In this document: piece after piece, positions 1-8,469 of the stretch | Position numbering within the stretch: position 1 is the stretch's first letter | Layout: every line of letters begins with the position of its first letter | From: Candidatus Heimdallarchaeota archaeon B3_Heim | GTDB taxonomy: Archaea > Asgardarchaeota > Heimdallarchaeia > Hodarchaeales > Hodarchaeaceae | Assembly: GCA_003144275.1 (NCBI GenBank) | Contig: NJBF01000026.1 | Location: 36,443-60,442 of the forward strand | DNA: 24,000 nucleotides | Reading direction: 5' to 3' | Notes under the pieces: generated by a model | The model's database searches: none | Told to the model about the DNA's origin: nothing | What the model saw: the letters and a program-made list of their open reading frames with translations, nothing else | Program-made: the position numbers and the translations under genes

Positions 1-3000
1 GATGGTAAGGTGAATCTTTGGAATATTACAACAGCATCAAAAATCAAAGAGATGACGGATCATTCAGGTTTTGTATATTCTGTTTCTTTTGACCCAAGCG
101 GAAACCACTTGATTTCTGGGGGAACTGACACAACAGTTAAACTCTGGAACCTCAATCTTGGAAATTTAATAGGAAAAATTGATGGACACACAAATTATAT
201 TAATTCCATTGCTTTCAGCCCTAATGGTAGTTTACTCGCCTCAGGATCTGAGGACACAACCGCAAGAATATGGAACACGACAACTGGAGGTCATTTACTA
301 ACTTTACCAGATCATATTTCCCCAATTGATACTCTTGCATTTAGTCCAAATAGTAGTACATTAGCAACTGGTTCACCGGATAATAATGTTATACTTTGGG
401 ATTTAAATGATAACGGAAATATTGTACATATTCTAAACCATCCTACTGATGTAACATCAGTTGTTTTTCATCCAAATGGTTCCATTTTAGCCTCAAGTTT
501 GATTAACAGTAATATATCTCTTTGGAACATTAATACAGGAGAATTAATTTGCAATTTACCAGGGAATACTGATGAAATCCATTCTTTAACCTTTAATCAA
601 GATGGAAACCACTTAGTTGCTGGATTACGCGATGGTTCAATAAATATATGGGACGTTGAAACACGATCAATATTAACAAGCTTAACCAATCATAGTGATT
701 CAGTTGTTTCTCTTGCTTTTAGTTCTAATGCGCAATATTTTGCTTCTGGTTCTAAAGATTCAAGTATTTTAGTTTGGAATGCTTCTACGTTTGAAATAAT
801 TTACAATTTAACTGGCCATTCTGCTGAAATAAAATCTGTGATATTTAGTCCTGATGGAAGTGCATTAGCTTCGTGTGCCGATGATCAAACTATTCAAGTA
901 TGGGATATGGTAGATGGTAGTCGAATTAGGACAATGAATGATCCAAATAATGCAACTTCAGTTGCTTTTAATCTAAATGGGAATATATTAGCCTCTGGAA
1001 ATCGTCTATCAACAGCAATCAAATTATGGAATTCAAGCATTTCTCTTCTTAGTTTTGACAATTTTTCTTCATCATTAGTCAAATATAATTCAGATTTAAA
1101 TTTTAAAAAAGAACCACAGTGTGAACTGTCTGCAGGATGGAATACAACTTCTCTTACAATCGTACATAATTCTAGCTCATTTAGAACACCATCATCCTTT
1201 GACCCATATAGATTGTTTATCAAAACAAAATTCTTAGGAAGAGAAATCGCAAGAGATTATAATTTATTCATAATATCAACTTTTACTGATTATGATGGAG
1301 ATGGTTTGCCCAATTCATGGGAAAAAATACATTCTACAGATCTCTTAGTGAATGACGCCAGTGATGACATAGACAACGACTATCTTTCAAATTTAGGAGA
1401 GTTTCAAGCTCAAACTGATCCAAACAATAGAGATTCGGACAACGATGGGTGGTTTGATGGATCAGAAGTTTCAAATTCATCAAATCCGCTAGTAAATAAC
1501 TCTGCTCCTTTTATTACATGGCCTGAATCTCTAAAGACATTAAATAATTCAGCTACAAACATTTCTAATCAAAGTTGGCAAGTTAACACAACTAATGCAA
1601 AATCAATTGATATTTGGGTAAATGATAATTATACAGAGACAGTTATTTATCCTTTCATCTGGAATGTAACATTAATCGAAGAATTGAATAATTTAACATA
1701 TATAGCTTATTATGATGTTCCTGTGAATTATAATAAGACTGTATTCTTAATTACATTAGATTCTACTGCACCAACGATTAATCTTGTTAATCCATTGACT
1801 GAAGATGCAGTACTTAATAGTAAAAGCACAATTACTATAAATGTACAAGGATATAATGAACTATTTTCATATTGGGACAACGGGAGCTTTAGTAAAACAG
1901 AAATTCAGACAAAAGTAAACTTTATCTCAAATCATACCTCTCTTAAGCTTTTAAACACAAAAACTGATTCAAATATTAATTTTGAACTACCTGGATCAGA
2001 TGGAGTTCATACACTCTATTTAATGGCAGTTGATGAGGTTGGAAATATTCGATTGGCTGATTTTTCATTCATTACAGATGATACTCCTCCAACTGCCATA
2101 ATCCAAGGAATATCTGAATTTCTATTTATGTCTGGGACGAAAGTCATTAGAGTTATTCCTAGTGATAATAATTCTATTGATCGAGTTGAATTCGAATTAT
2201 CGGGAGACCTTATTACCACTGATAATAATTCACCATATCGGTGGGAATGGAATACAGCTGAAACAGAAGATGGAATTTATTTGATTCGTATTACAGTCTA
2301 CGATGCCGCAGGAAATGCCTACACAAAGACATTTTACGGGATTTTTGTGGTGAATGATCCCATTGAATTTCTCTGTTTCCTTTTCTTAGAGTATTTCCCA
2401 GTGTTTTTATTGATTATCCTTGCAATACTTATCTTAATAATAATATGTAGTATGAGAAAGAAGATTCATATTTTATACACATATGCTAATCCACCAATTA
2501 ACCCACTAGAAATTAAACCAGAGATTGTGTTTAATAAAATAGAGGAAGAACTTAAAGAAACAAAGTATGGAAACAGAATAAAACTCATTCAAAAGGGAGA
2601 AATAACTAAAGATGATCTTTCACCATGGCTAGCTGATCCTAATTTTAAACTCAGTGTTTTTCAATTTTCAGGACATGGAAAAAAGGGATATCTTCAATTT
2701 ATAAACCCAGAGGACACTAATCTTGGGGAAGCAATTCCTGCAGATCATATCACTGAAGCTTTTCGTTTACATAAAAATAAAATCAAAATCGTAGTTTTAC
2801 GAGCATGCTCTTCTTTAAAGATTGCTGAGAGTCTAATGGAACATATTGATATTATAATTGGAATGTCCAAAGAAGTTCAAGATGCTGCTGCAGCAAAATT
2901 CACAATTGGATTCTATAAGTTCTTAGCAGCTGGCAAGAACGTGCAAGAAGCATACGAAAAAGGATTATCAGATATGGAAATTTCAAAAGGGCACGGTCGT

Positions 3001-3087
3001 GATATTGTTAAGTTAGTACATCGTGAAGAAGTAAAACCTGGGAAAGTAAAACTCTTTCGATGGCGGTTTTTACTATGTTTTTTATAA
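1..3087 (+). CDS. 5'-truncated large transmembrane protein: WD40 beta-propeller + TSP3-like Ca-binding repeats + Ig-like modules + 1 TM helix + C-terminal CHAT/caspase-like domain
   Basis: The frame is open to nt 1 (DGKVNLWN is the end of a WD repeat), so the true start lies upstream and the 'M' at nt 10 is a GTG artefact. There are 8 complete ~42-aa repeats ending (L/I/V)W(N/D), nt ~25-1045. DxDxDG(L/W)..(W)E-type motifs (DYDGDGLPNSWE, DSDNDGWFDGSE) lie at nt ~1288-1470. Modules starting DSTAPT / DDTPPT and ending D(E/A)xGN (nt ~1750-2340) are typical of Ig-like surface domains. A hydrophobic helix (nt ~2370-2450) is followed by RKK. The last ~200 aa carry FQFSGHG (His codon 2674-2676) and VVLRACSS (Cys codon 2806-2808), then IIIGMSKEVQDAAAAKFTIGFYKFLAAG, matching the CHAT/caspase His-Cys pattern. 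Confidence 0.85.
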   Translation, partial: DGKVNLWNITTASKIKEMTDHSGFVYSVSFDPSGNHLISGGTDTTVKLWNLNLGNLIGKIDGHTNYINSIAFSPNGSLLASGSEDTTARIWNTTTGGHLLTLPDHISPIDTLAFSPNSSTLATGSPDNNVILWDLNDNGNIVHILNHPTDVTSVVFHPNGSILASSLINSNISLWNINTGELICNLPGNTDEIHSLTFNQDGNHLVAGLRDGSINIWDVETRSILTSLTNHSDSVVSLAFSSNAQYFASGSKDSSILVWNASTFEIIYNLTGHSAEIKSVIFSPDGSALASCADDQTIQVWDMVDGSRIRTMNDPNNATSVAFNLNGNILASGNRLSTAIKLWNSSISLLSFDNFSSSLVKYNSDLNFKKEPQCELSAGWNTTSLTIVHNSSSFRTPSSFDPYRLFIKTKFLGREIARDYNLFIISTFTDYDGDGLPNSWEKIHSTDLLVNDASDDIDNDYLSNLGEFQAQTDPNNRDSDNDGWFDGSEVSNSSNPLVNNSAPFITWPESLKTLNNSATNISNQSWQVNTTNAKSIDIWVNDNYTETVIYPFIWNVTLIEELNNLTYIAYYDVPVNYNKTVFLITLDSTAPTINLVNPLTEDAVLNSKSTITINVQGYNELFSYWDNGSFSKTEIQTKVNFISNHTSLKLLNTKTDSNINFELPGSDGVHTLYLMAVDEVGNIRLADFSFITDDTPPTAIIQGISEFLFMSGTKVIRVIPSDNNSIDRVEFELSGDLITTDNNSPYRWEWNTAETEDGIYLIRITVYDAAGNAYTKTFYGIFVVNDPIEFLCFLFLEYFPVFLLIILAILILIIICSMRKKIHILYTYANPPINPLEIKPEIVFNKIEEELKETKYGNRIKLIQKGEITKDDLSPWLADPNFKLSVFQFSGHGKKGYLQFINPEDTNLGEAIPADHITEAFRLHKNKIKIVVLRACSSLKIAESLMEHIDIIIGMSKEVQDAAAAKFTIGFYKFLAAGKNVQEAYEKGLSDMEISKGHGRDIVKLVHREEVKPGKVKLFRWRFLLCFL

Positions 3088-3134
3088 GAAGACTATTTTA
3101 CTTAAAATGAAGAAAAAGAAAGGTGAAGAAATAA

Positions 3135-3533
3135 ATGGAAGTTGAAATGAATATAATTTTTGAAGAAAAAATTGAAACAAGTAAATTAAATACTTTTATT
3201 AAGGAATTAAACAATGAAACCATGAAAATAGATGAAGATCTAGGAGAAATGAGAACATTCAAAGAAACAAGTCAAGCAATGCCTCTTGATCCCATAATAA
3301 AACAATTACTTATCGCTGTTTTAGCACCTATTTTTACCGACTACATTCGAGAAAAGAGTCCTGTTGCAAAAAAATATGCCAAAAAAATGTTTAAGAAAGT
3401 CTTTGAAAAGATGAAAAAATTAACAAACAAATCAAAGATTGTCATCAAAAAGGCAGGAGAAGAGATAATGACTCTACTCGAAGGCACTGATGAAGAATTT
3501 GATAAAGCAGTGAGAATACTCTCACTAGAATAA
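3135..3533 (+). CDS. small hypothetical protein (132 aa); acidic N-terminus, hydrophobic centre, Lys-rich C-terminal half
   Basis: The ATG sits 8 nt after AGGTGA (3121-3126) and 47 nt after the stop of the WD40-CHAT gene, on the same strand. No family recognised. Confidence 0.6.
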   Translation: MEVEMNIIFEEKIETSKLNTFIKELNNETMKIDEDLGEMRTFKETSQAMPLDPIIKQLLIAVLAPIFTDYIREKSPVAKKYAKKMFKKVFEKMKKLTNKSKIVIKKAGEEIMTLLEGTDEEFDKAVRILSLE

Positions 3534-3540
3534 AATATTC

Positions 3541-3553
3541 CTTTTTTATTTCT
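3541..3553 (+). terminator. oligo-T tract (CTTTTTTATTTCT) directly after the 3135-3533 ORF
   Basis: A T6 run lies 8 nt after the stop codon. Archaeal terminators are typically oligo-T stretches. Confidence 0.35.
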
Positions 3554-3618
3554 GAGAATTAATTAATAAAGATATTGAAGACCTTAAAAAAATTAGAGAT
3601 GGATCAATCTAAAATAAT

Positions 3619-3642
3619 GTCGTAAAATAATATTTTTACGAC
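3619..3642. repeat. perfect 9-bp inverted repeat / hairpin GTCGTAAAA-taatat-TTTTACGAC
   Basis: Read directly from the sequence. It lies in the 387-bp non-coding spacer between the small ORF and the ATPase gene. Confidence 0.5.
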
Positions 3643-3920
3643 AATCACTTTCCAAGTGCTTGTCTCATCTATAATCGTGAAAAAGAGGGAGGTGTGAGAT
3701 CTTCCGCGGTAGATTATCAAAATACGGTAACACTTCAGCAAATACCCATTCAGCTTTGATGATGGAGTCACAAAAAATAATCCTCCTTTAACGAAGAGCT
3801 CCTCTCCGATACAAATTTGGGTGTTTATTAATCATTGTGTATGTTTTTTCTTATGATGCCACCTAGAACTGAACCGACTAATAAATAAGTCCTCAACTAT
3901 TCATAAATGAGATTCAAGCC

Positions 3921-6059
3921 TTGCAGACTAGTTCCACATCATTTCATTTCGATTTTATTCCTGATAAGATAGATCAATCAAGTATTAAGCTTCTTAGAAA
4001 TGTATCTGATTCTTTTACTCTAGAATACGCGATTTTTGAACCCAAAACGGTTCATATTTGCATGCATGTTAAACCTAGAAGACGTTTTTTCAGACGTTCC
4101 TCACATTCTGCAACTGCTACACTCCAGCAATTCATTATTTCTCTCGGACTTCATGCCGACTTTCTCAAACCAAGTGAAGATCCGATCCCTAGACTTCTTA
4201 GTATGATCGAGCCCCAGTTTTTTCTAGACCCAGAAGAACCCTGTCTTCATAGCGGTGGGTTGCTGGGTCTAGAAATTGACTCTTTACCTTCTTTATCAAC
4301 GAAAGATGGATTCATTAATGGGTTACTTGAAATAATCACTGATGATCCAACTTTCACCCTTTTACAGATTCCATTCAAATCACAGAAAATTCCGAAAGAA
4401 TTTCAATCCTTAGAAACTGCTGATTATAGAAACCAAATTAGATTTAATATCCAACAAGGAAAGGTTGAACGTCGTTCACATCCTTTCAGTATGAATCTTA
4501 TGGAAGAAGCTGGTTGTTTTGCTTTTTCAGTTCATCTTTTGATGGTTGAGCGTTCAGAAGAACAGCTACTAGCCAAATTAGAACGAGTCTCTGTATTTCT
4601 AAAAGCCCATGGAATTAAGACTCGGAAATATCCTTCCTTTTTACGTCCGTTTAAACGTTTTAAATCACATTTCAAGAGCCGATCTATCCATCCAGCCTTG
4701 GTTACTGATGGATTCACGTTAATGAATTATCTATCGTTACCAACCAATCAATATTCACTACATGGGTATCAAATAGTCCCTCACAAGGAGAATTATAATA
4801 TGTCTTCCACTTTATCACATCTTGATACAGAAAATACCCTTAGAATTGGAACCCCAATTCTGAGTGGGAAAACAACTGATTCTCCTATGCTTCTTTCAGG
4901 TAAAGATCTGTCTCGTCATATGGCGGTATTTGGGATGACAGGAGAAGGGAAAAGTCGGTTTGTCTTTAACCTAATTCAAGAATTTCACAAAAATAAAGTG
5001 AATTTCTTAATTATAGACCCCAAAGGTGAATATATCCATCCAGTACAAACATTTTGTCAAGATTTTTTTTATATTAAACCAGGTTCTGATTCCTTTCCTT
5101 GGGGGATTAACCTTTTTGAAGTTCCTTTGGATCCACAAGGTCAGCCTCTGATCTCTCCAGAAGATCATATTCAATTCGTTGTTTCATTGCTCGAAAATGT
5201 GGTTGATGAAGCTAATTCTTTATCTCCCCAGATGAGACGCTTAATCCAATTAGCTACCATTCAAACCATTAAAGAGAAAGGCGATTTCAAATTATTCTTA
5301 CAATGCTTAAATAAGCCTAATGCCCTTGGACTCAAAGGAGCCTATTTAGAAAATACATCGGCCGGTACCGTTAACCGTATCATGAAGCTGTTATTTGGGA
5401 ATACTGGAAGATGTTTTACTGTGAGCTCAACCACGTTTGATATTTCGCAATTTCTCTCTCACAATATTATTTTGGATTTATCGACATTTGAAGCAATGGA
5501 AGACATAAATGGCCGACAATTACTTCTGGAGGTTATATTCCAGTATCTCTATTACTATATCCGGAAATTTCGTCCCCCCTTCAAAGAAGAAAAACTTCCC
5601 CAGAATGTCATAATCCTTGATGAAATCAACAAACTCCTACCTGCACCCACCTATAGACAATCAACACCAAAGTCAATAATTGGCCGCGGGCCTTGGACCT
5701 TGCGTGCATATGATGTATCAATGGTGTTTATAGGAACCGACCCAATAATAGATCTTCCTATGTTGACGAATGCGGGTGTATTTGCAATGTTTTATTCGAA
5801 GTTCGATTCATATAAAATCGCAGATTTTTTGGGTATTTCTAAGGGCACGTATGATCAATTGAAACCCCTACTTAAGGCCAAACCTGATGAAAGAAGATGT
5901 TTACTTTCGGTTAATAAAAATGTGACCTTGTTGAAAACAGATCAATTTGAGCTAAGTTCTTCGAACTCCTCTATCTTTGAATTGTTGAAAGAAAATCCTA
6001 TTCAGATGCATCTCAGAGAAAGTTATACCCAGAACTATTTTCAGCCAATCTTTGAGTAA
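3921..6059 (+). CDS. FtsK/HerA-superfamily P-loop ATPase (DUF87/VirB4-like) with ~330-aa uncharacterised N-terminal region
   Basis: Walker A is AVFGMTGEGKSRF (nt 4932-4955), followed by NFLIIDPKGEY, as in HerA/DUF87 proteins. Walker B is NVIILDEINKLLP (nt 5607-5624). The start is uncertain: the track start is TTG, the frame stays open further upstream, and the first ATG is ~48 codons in. Confidence 0.8.
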   Translation: MQTSSTSFHFDFIPDKIDQSSIKLLRNVSDSFTLEYAIFEPKTVHICMHVKPRRRFFRRSSHSATATLQQFIISLGLHADFLKPSEDPIPRLLSMIEPQFFLDPEEPCLHSGGLLGLEIDSLPSLSTKDGFINGLLEIITDDPTFTLLQIPFKSQKIPKEFQSLETADYRNQIRFNIQQGKVERRSHPFSMNLMEEAGCFAFSVHLLMVERSEEQLLAKLERVSVFLKAHGIKTRKYPSFLRPFKRFKSHFKSRSIHPALVTDGFTLMNYLSLPTNQYSLHGYQIVPHKENYNMSSTLSHLDTENTLRIGTPILSGKTTDSPMLLSGKDLSRHMAVFGMTGEGKSRFVFNLIQEFHKNKVNFLIIDPKGEYIHPVQTFCQDFFYIKPGSDSFPWGINLFEVPLDPQGQPLISPEDHIQFVVSLLENVVDEANSLSPQMRRLIQLATIQTIKEKGDFKLFLQCLNKPNALGLKGAYLENTSAGTVNRIMKLLFGNTGRCFTVSSTTFDISQFLSHNIILDLSTFEAMEDINGRQLLLEVIFQYLYYYIRKFRPPFKEEKLPQNVIILDEINKLLPAPTYRQSTPKSIIGRGPWTLRAYDVSMVFIGTDPIIDLPMLTNAGVFAMFYSKFDSYKIADFLGISKGTYDQLKPLLKAKPDERRCLLSVNKNVTLLKTDQFELSSSNSSIFELLKENPIQMHLRESYTQNYFQPIFE

Positions 6060-6079
6060 TTGTACGAGTTTTTAGGATT

Positions 6080-7204
6080 TCATACCATGACGGCAGCAAT
6101 TGTTGGAGGGTCATCAGATGAAATTGTTATCAGCCCTTTCGTTACTAGATCTCCAAGCATTTGTTTTAATTTTAATGGATGAGCCCCTACAGACATAGCC
6201 AATGTTGAAAGGTCTAATACTCCTCCTAAATTTAATAGTATAAGTATTGACGCATATAATGGATGAGTAGAAAGGAGTCTTTGAGTATAATCAAGGAGAA
6301 CATTTTTCTCAAGACGTTCCGTAATTGCTTTTGACAATTCAGCTTGTGTCTCTAGTAGTTCTTCTTCAGCGATCTTTGTAGCTTCTTCTAATCGATCTAC
6401 TGTAATTTTGTGTTGTCGTGTCGCATCCTCTAGTCGTGTGTTTTGTGTTTCTAGTTTCTTTTTCATTTCCTCAAGATCTATTTCCATCTCTCGACGAATT
6501 TCTTTGGTACGACTTTGAATTCCGTCTTCGAGCATACGCTGGTAGTAGTTCTCTTGAATCTGATAAGTTTCTGCAACAGAGGCTAATGCTTCTTGAATAT
6601 CCTTTTCGTGAATTAGTTCTTTTTCTTTTAATTTTTCTATTAACGCCTGATTCATTTCTAACTCATTGATCAATTCCTTAGACTGAGTTTGGTGGACTTC
6701 AAGCTCTTTCTGTTGATTTTCAAGCTGTGATTGTACACGCTTCATGTCAGCCTCTAATGCGGTGATCTGATCAGTTTTTTCAGCCAGTTGAGTGAAACTG
6801 TCAGCCTTTTCACTTTCAAGTTGCTTTAGCTCTGTATTTTTTTCTTTTATCTGAGTTTTAAATTCCAGATTACTTTCTCGTAATTGTACCAGTTCATTCT
6901 CCTGTTCTAAGGAAGCTTCATCTTGAATGATGATCGCGCTTTCAGATAATACTTCTCTTATCCGTCCTAGTGATTTGATCGTAATGCGGGTTAATTCGCT
7001 ATCTACAACACGAGCAGTATCTTTGCGTACGGTTTTAATCAAAGTGTCAATATCTTGATAACTGAAGTGTGGTAATCCTTGGGCAATAAGTGTACTCTTC
7101 GTACCTGATACCACTACGCCAATCTCTTGCTGAGCAACTTTTCGGTCTTTAGCCATCTCGTTTATAAATTCTAAACCAAATTCTTTCAGCGATTTTTGTG
7201 TCAT
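6080..7204 (-). CDS. coiled-coil protein with small N-terminal alpha/beta domain and C-terminal winged-helix-like domain
   Basis: ATG start. About 200 aa of heptad-like E/K/Q/L-rich sequence in the centre. The C-terminus (LDLSTLAMSVGAHPLKLKQMLGDLVTKGLITISSD) looks like a wHTH. A TATA-like TTTATATAT sits ~65 nt upstream (7269-7281 on the plus strand). Confidence 0.75.
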   Translation of the reverse strand: MTQKSLKEFGLEFINEMAKDRKVAQQEIGVVVSGTKSTLIAQGLPHFSYQDIDTLIKTVRKDTARVVDSELTRITIKSLGRIREVLSESAIIIQDEASLEQENELVQLRESNLEFKTQIKEKNTELKQLESEKADSFTQLAEKTDQITALEADMKRVQSQLENQQKELEVHQTQSKELINELEMNQALIEKLKEKELIHEKDIQEALASVAETYQIQENYYQRMLEDGIQSRTKEIRREMEIDLEEMKKKLETQNTRLEDATRQHKITVDRLEEATKIAEEELLETQAELSKAITERLEKNVLLDYTQRLLSTHPLYASILILLNLGGVLDLSTLAMSVGAHPLKLKQMLGDLVTKGLITISSDDPPTIAAVMV

Positions 7205-7342
7205 TTATTGTTCCCTCAAATGACCTTTTACTTTTCGGTGGATAATCAAATGAGTATTATATTTGTGCCAATATATAAAGATGTAGGAGGAGCTTTCTTT
7301 CGATTTTTCCTCTCGGTAAAATATAACAATCCAAATTTTTTC

Positions 7343-7783
7343 TTAAGATCCCCAGAGATTTTGCAATTCTGGTAAAATGGTTACTGTAAGCAGTGTTATT
7401 ATTCCTTGAATCAGGATCGCCGTAGCTAATGCAAAGAAGATACTCAACAACGTACCCAGCAAATAATATTCTGCAAAATGGCGTTCTTTAAGTTGTTCAA
7501 ATCGGGCCATTGATTTGGCAACGAATACAAAGGAAATCGCCCCGAATTCTCCCATTAATGCCAAAGTCAGGATTATTGCTCTTTCTACCTGTCCAATCTT
7601 TTTACCTGCTCCCGAAAGACCCATTGGTTTCTCGGTTGATTTGGGATCCTTATAGGGAGATAAGAAATGGCCAACGAAAAAGGCTCCCCCAAAAATCGTC
7701 CATAGATACGCGCATAGATAAAGCAAAGCAAGTATTATAAATAATTCCAGTTGAAACAAATGGTATCCTCCTTGGATCAGCAC
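7343..7783 (-). CDS. small multi-pass membrane protein (3-4 TM), probable membrane partner of SatD (SatC/DUF3307-like, from memory)
   Basis: Hydrophobic segments are present (LFIILALLYLCAYLWTIFGGAFFVGHFL; AIILTLALMGEFGAISFVFV; YYLLGTLLSIFFALATAILIQGIITLLTVTIL). Its start overlaps the stop of the upstream SatD-like gene by 7 nt. Confidence 0.7.
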   Translation of the reverse strand: MLIQGGYHLFQLELFIILALLYLCAYLWTIFGGAFFVGHFLSPYKDPKSTEKPMGLSGAGKKIGQVERAIILTLALMGEFGAISFVFVAKSMARFEQLKERHFAEYYLLGTLLSIFFALATAILIQGIITLLTVTILPELQNLWGS

Positions 7784-8412
7784 TTTGGGTATGATAATTT
7801 ATTTAATGTTTCGATTGCTAAAGAGATTTCCTCCCAATGAGCACTTTTGAGAATGTTTGAAACTGCCTGTTTTGTAATGTTTTCTTCTTTTTCTGTTATA
7901 ATTTTTTTTCCGATCTTTTCATAGGTTAAACCCTGTTTCCGAAGGTGAATAACCTCTTTTTGTCTATTTGTCCATTGCAACTTTAAGGTGGTTAAGAGAG
8001 TTAGTAAAGAATTTGTCAATTGATCAAATGAATCATTTTCTGACTGTATCCAAGCTGTTCGACGATTATCACTTGCAATCTTCAAAGCTGCTCGTGATCT
8101 ATGAAAAGCAAGACCATCCATTTCCAGAGACTTTCTAGAAAATTTGGTACTAATCGTCCCGATTCCTAAACCACATCGAAATTTAAATGAGAGATCTTCT
8201 TCTAATCGTTCAAAAATTGAATAAAAATCTGTTAATTCCTTTAAAACTCCTTGAAATGAATCCCCCCAGACAATAATGAAGGGAGACATTATTTTTTTTG
8301 AATAATCAATATTTATTTGTTTAATTACCGTTTTCAACTCTTCTTGAACTTCAAGTCTATTGGTGACTTCTTTTGAATGTACAATATCGCAAGTCATAAC
8401 GAAATACATCAT
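7777..8412 (-). CDS. satD: SatD-family protein (cyclase/palm-like N-domain + C-terminal HTH)
   Basis: The N-terminus YFVMTCDIVHSK...IIVWGDSFQGVL...FRCGLGIGTI...MDGLAFHRSRAAL matches my recollection of the SatD pattern (GDIv.Sr ... GDeFQGll ... fRfGiGiG ... dGpaf..Ar.Al). The C-terminus NRQKEVIHLRKQGLTYEKIGKKI...ITKQAVSNILKSA is HTH-like. GGTGA lies 7 nt before the ATG. Confidence 0.75.
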   Translation of the reverse strand: MMYFVMTCDIVHSKEVTNRLEVQEELKTVIKQINIDYSKKIMSPFIIVWGDSFQGVLKELTDFYSIFERLEEDLSFKFRCGLGIGTISTKFSRKSLEMDGLAFHRSRAALKIASDNRRTAWIQSENDSFDQLTNSLLTLLTTLKLQWTNRQKEVIHLRKQGLTYEKIGKKIITEKEENITKQAVSNILKSAHWEEISLAIETLNKLSYPKC

Positions 8413-8469
8413 TGTTGTTTCACCACTTTACATCTTTTTGATACTGGTGAATTTAATCCCATTTATCAA

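Noticed and set aside
3750-3830. TGATGA (C-box-like) in the spacer upstream of the ATPase, and GATGATT near 15113-15170 flanked by AAAGGAT/ATCCTTT. Both considered as C/D-box sRNAs.
   Set aside because: No CTGA D box at the appropriate distance and no C'/D' pair in either case.
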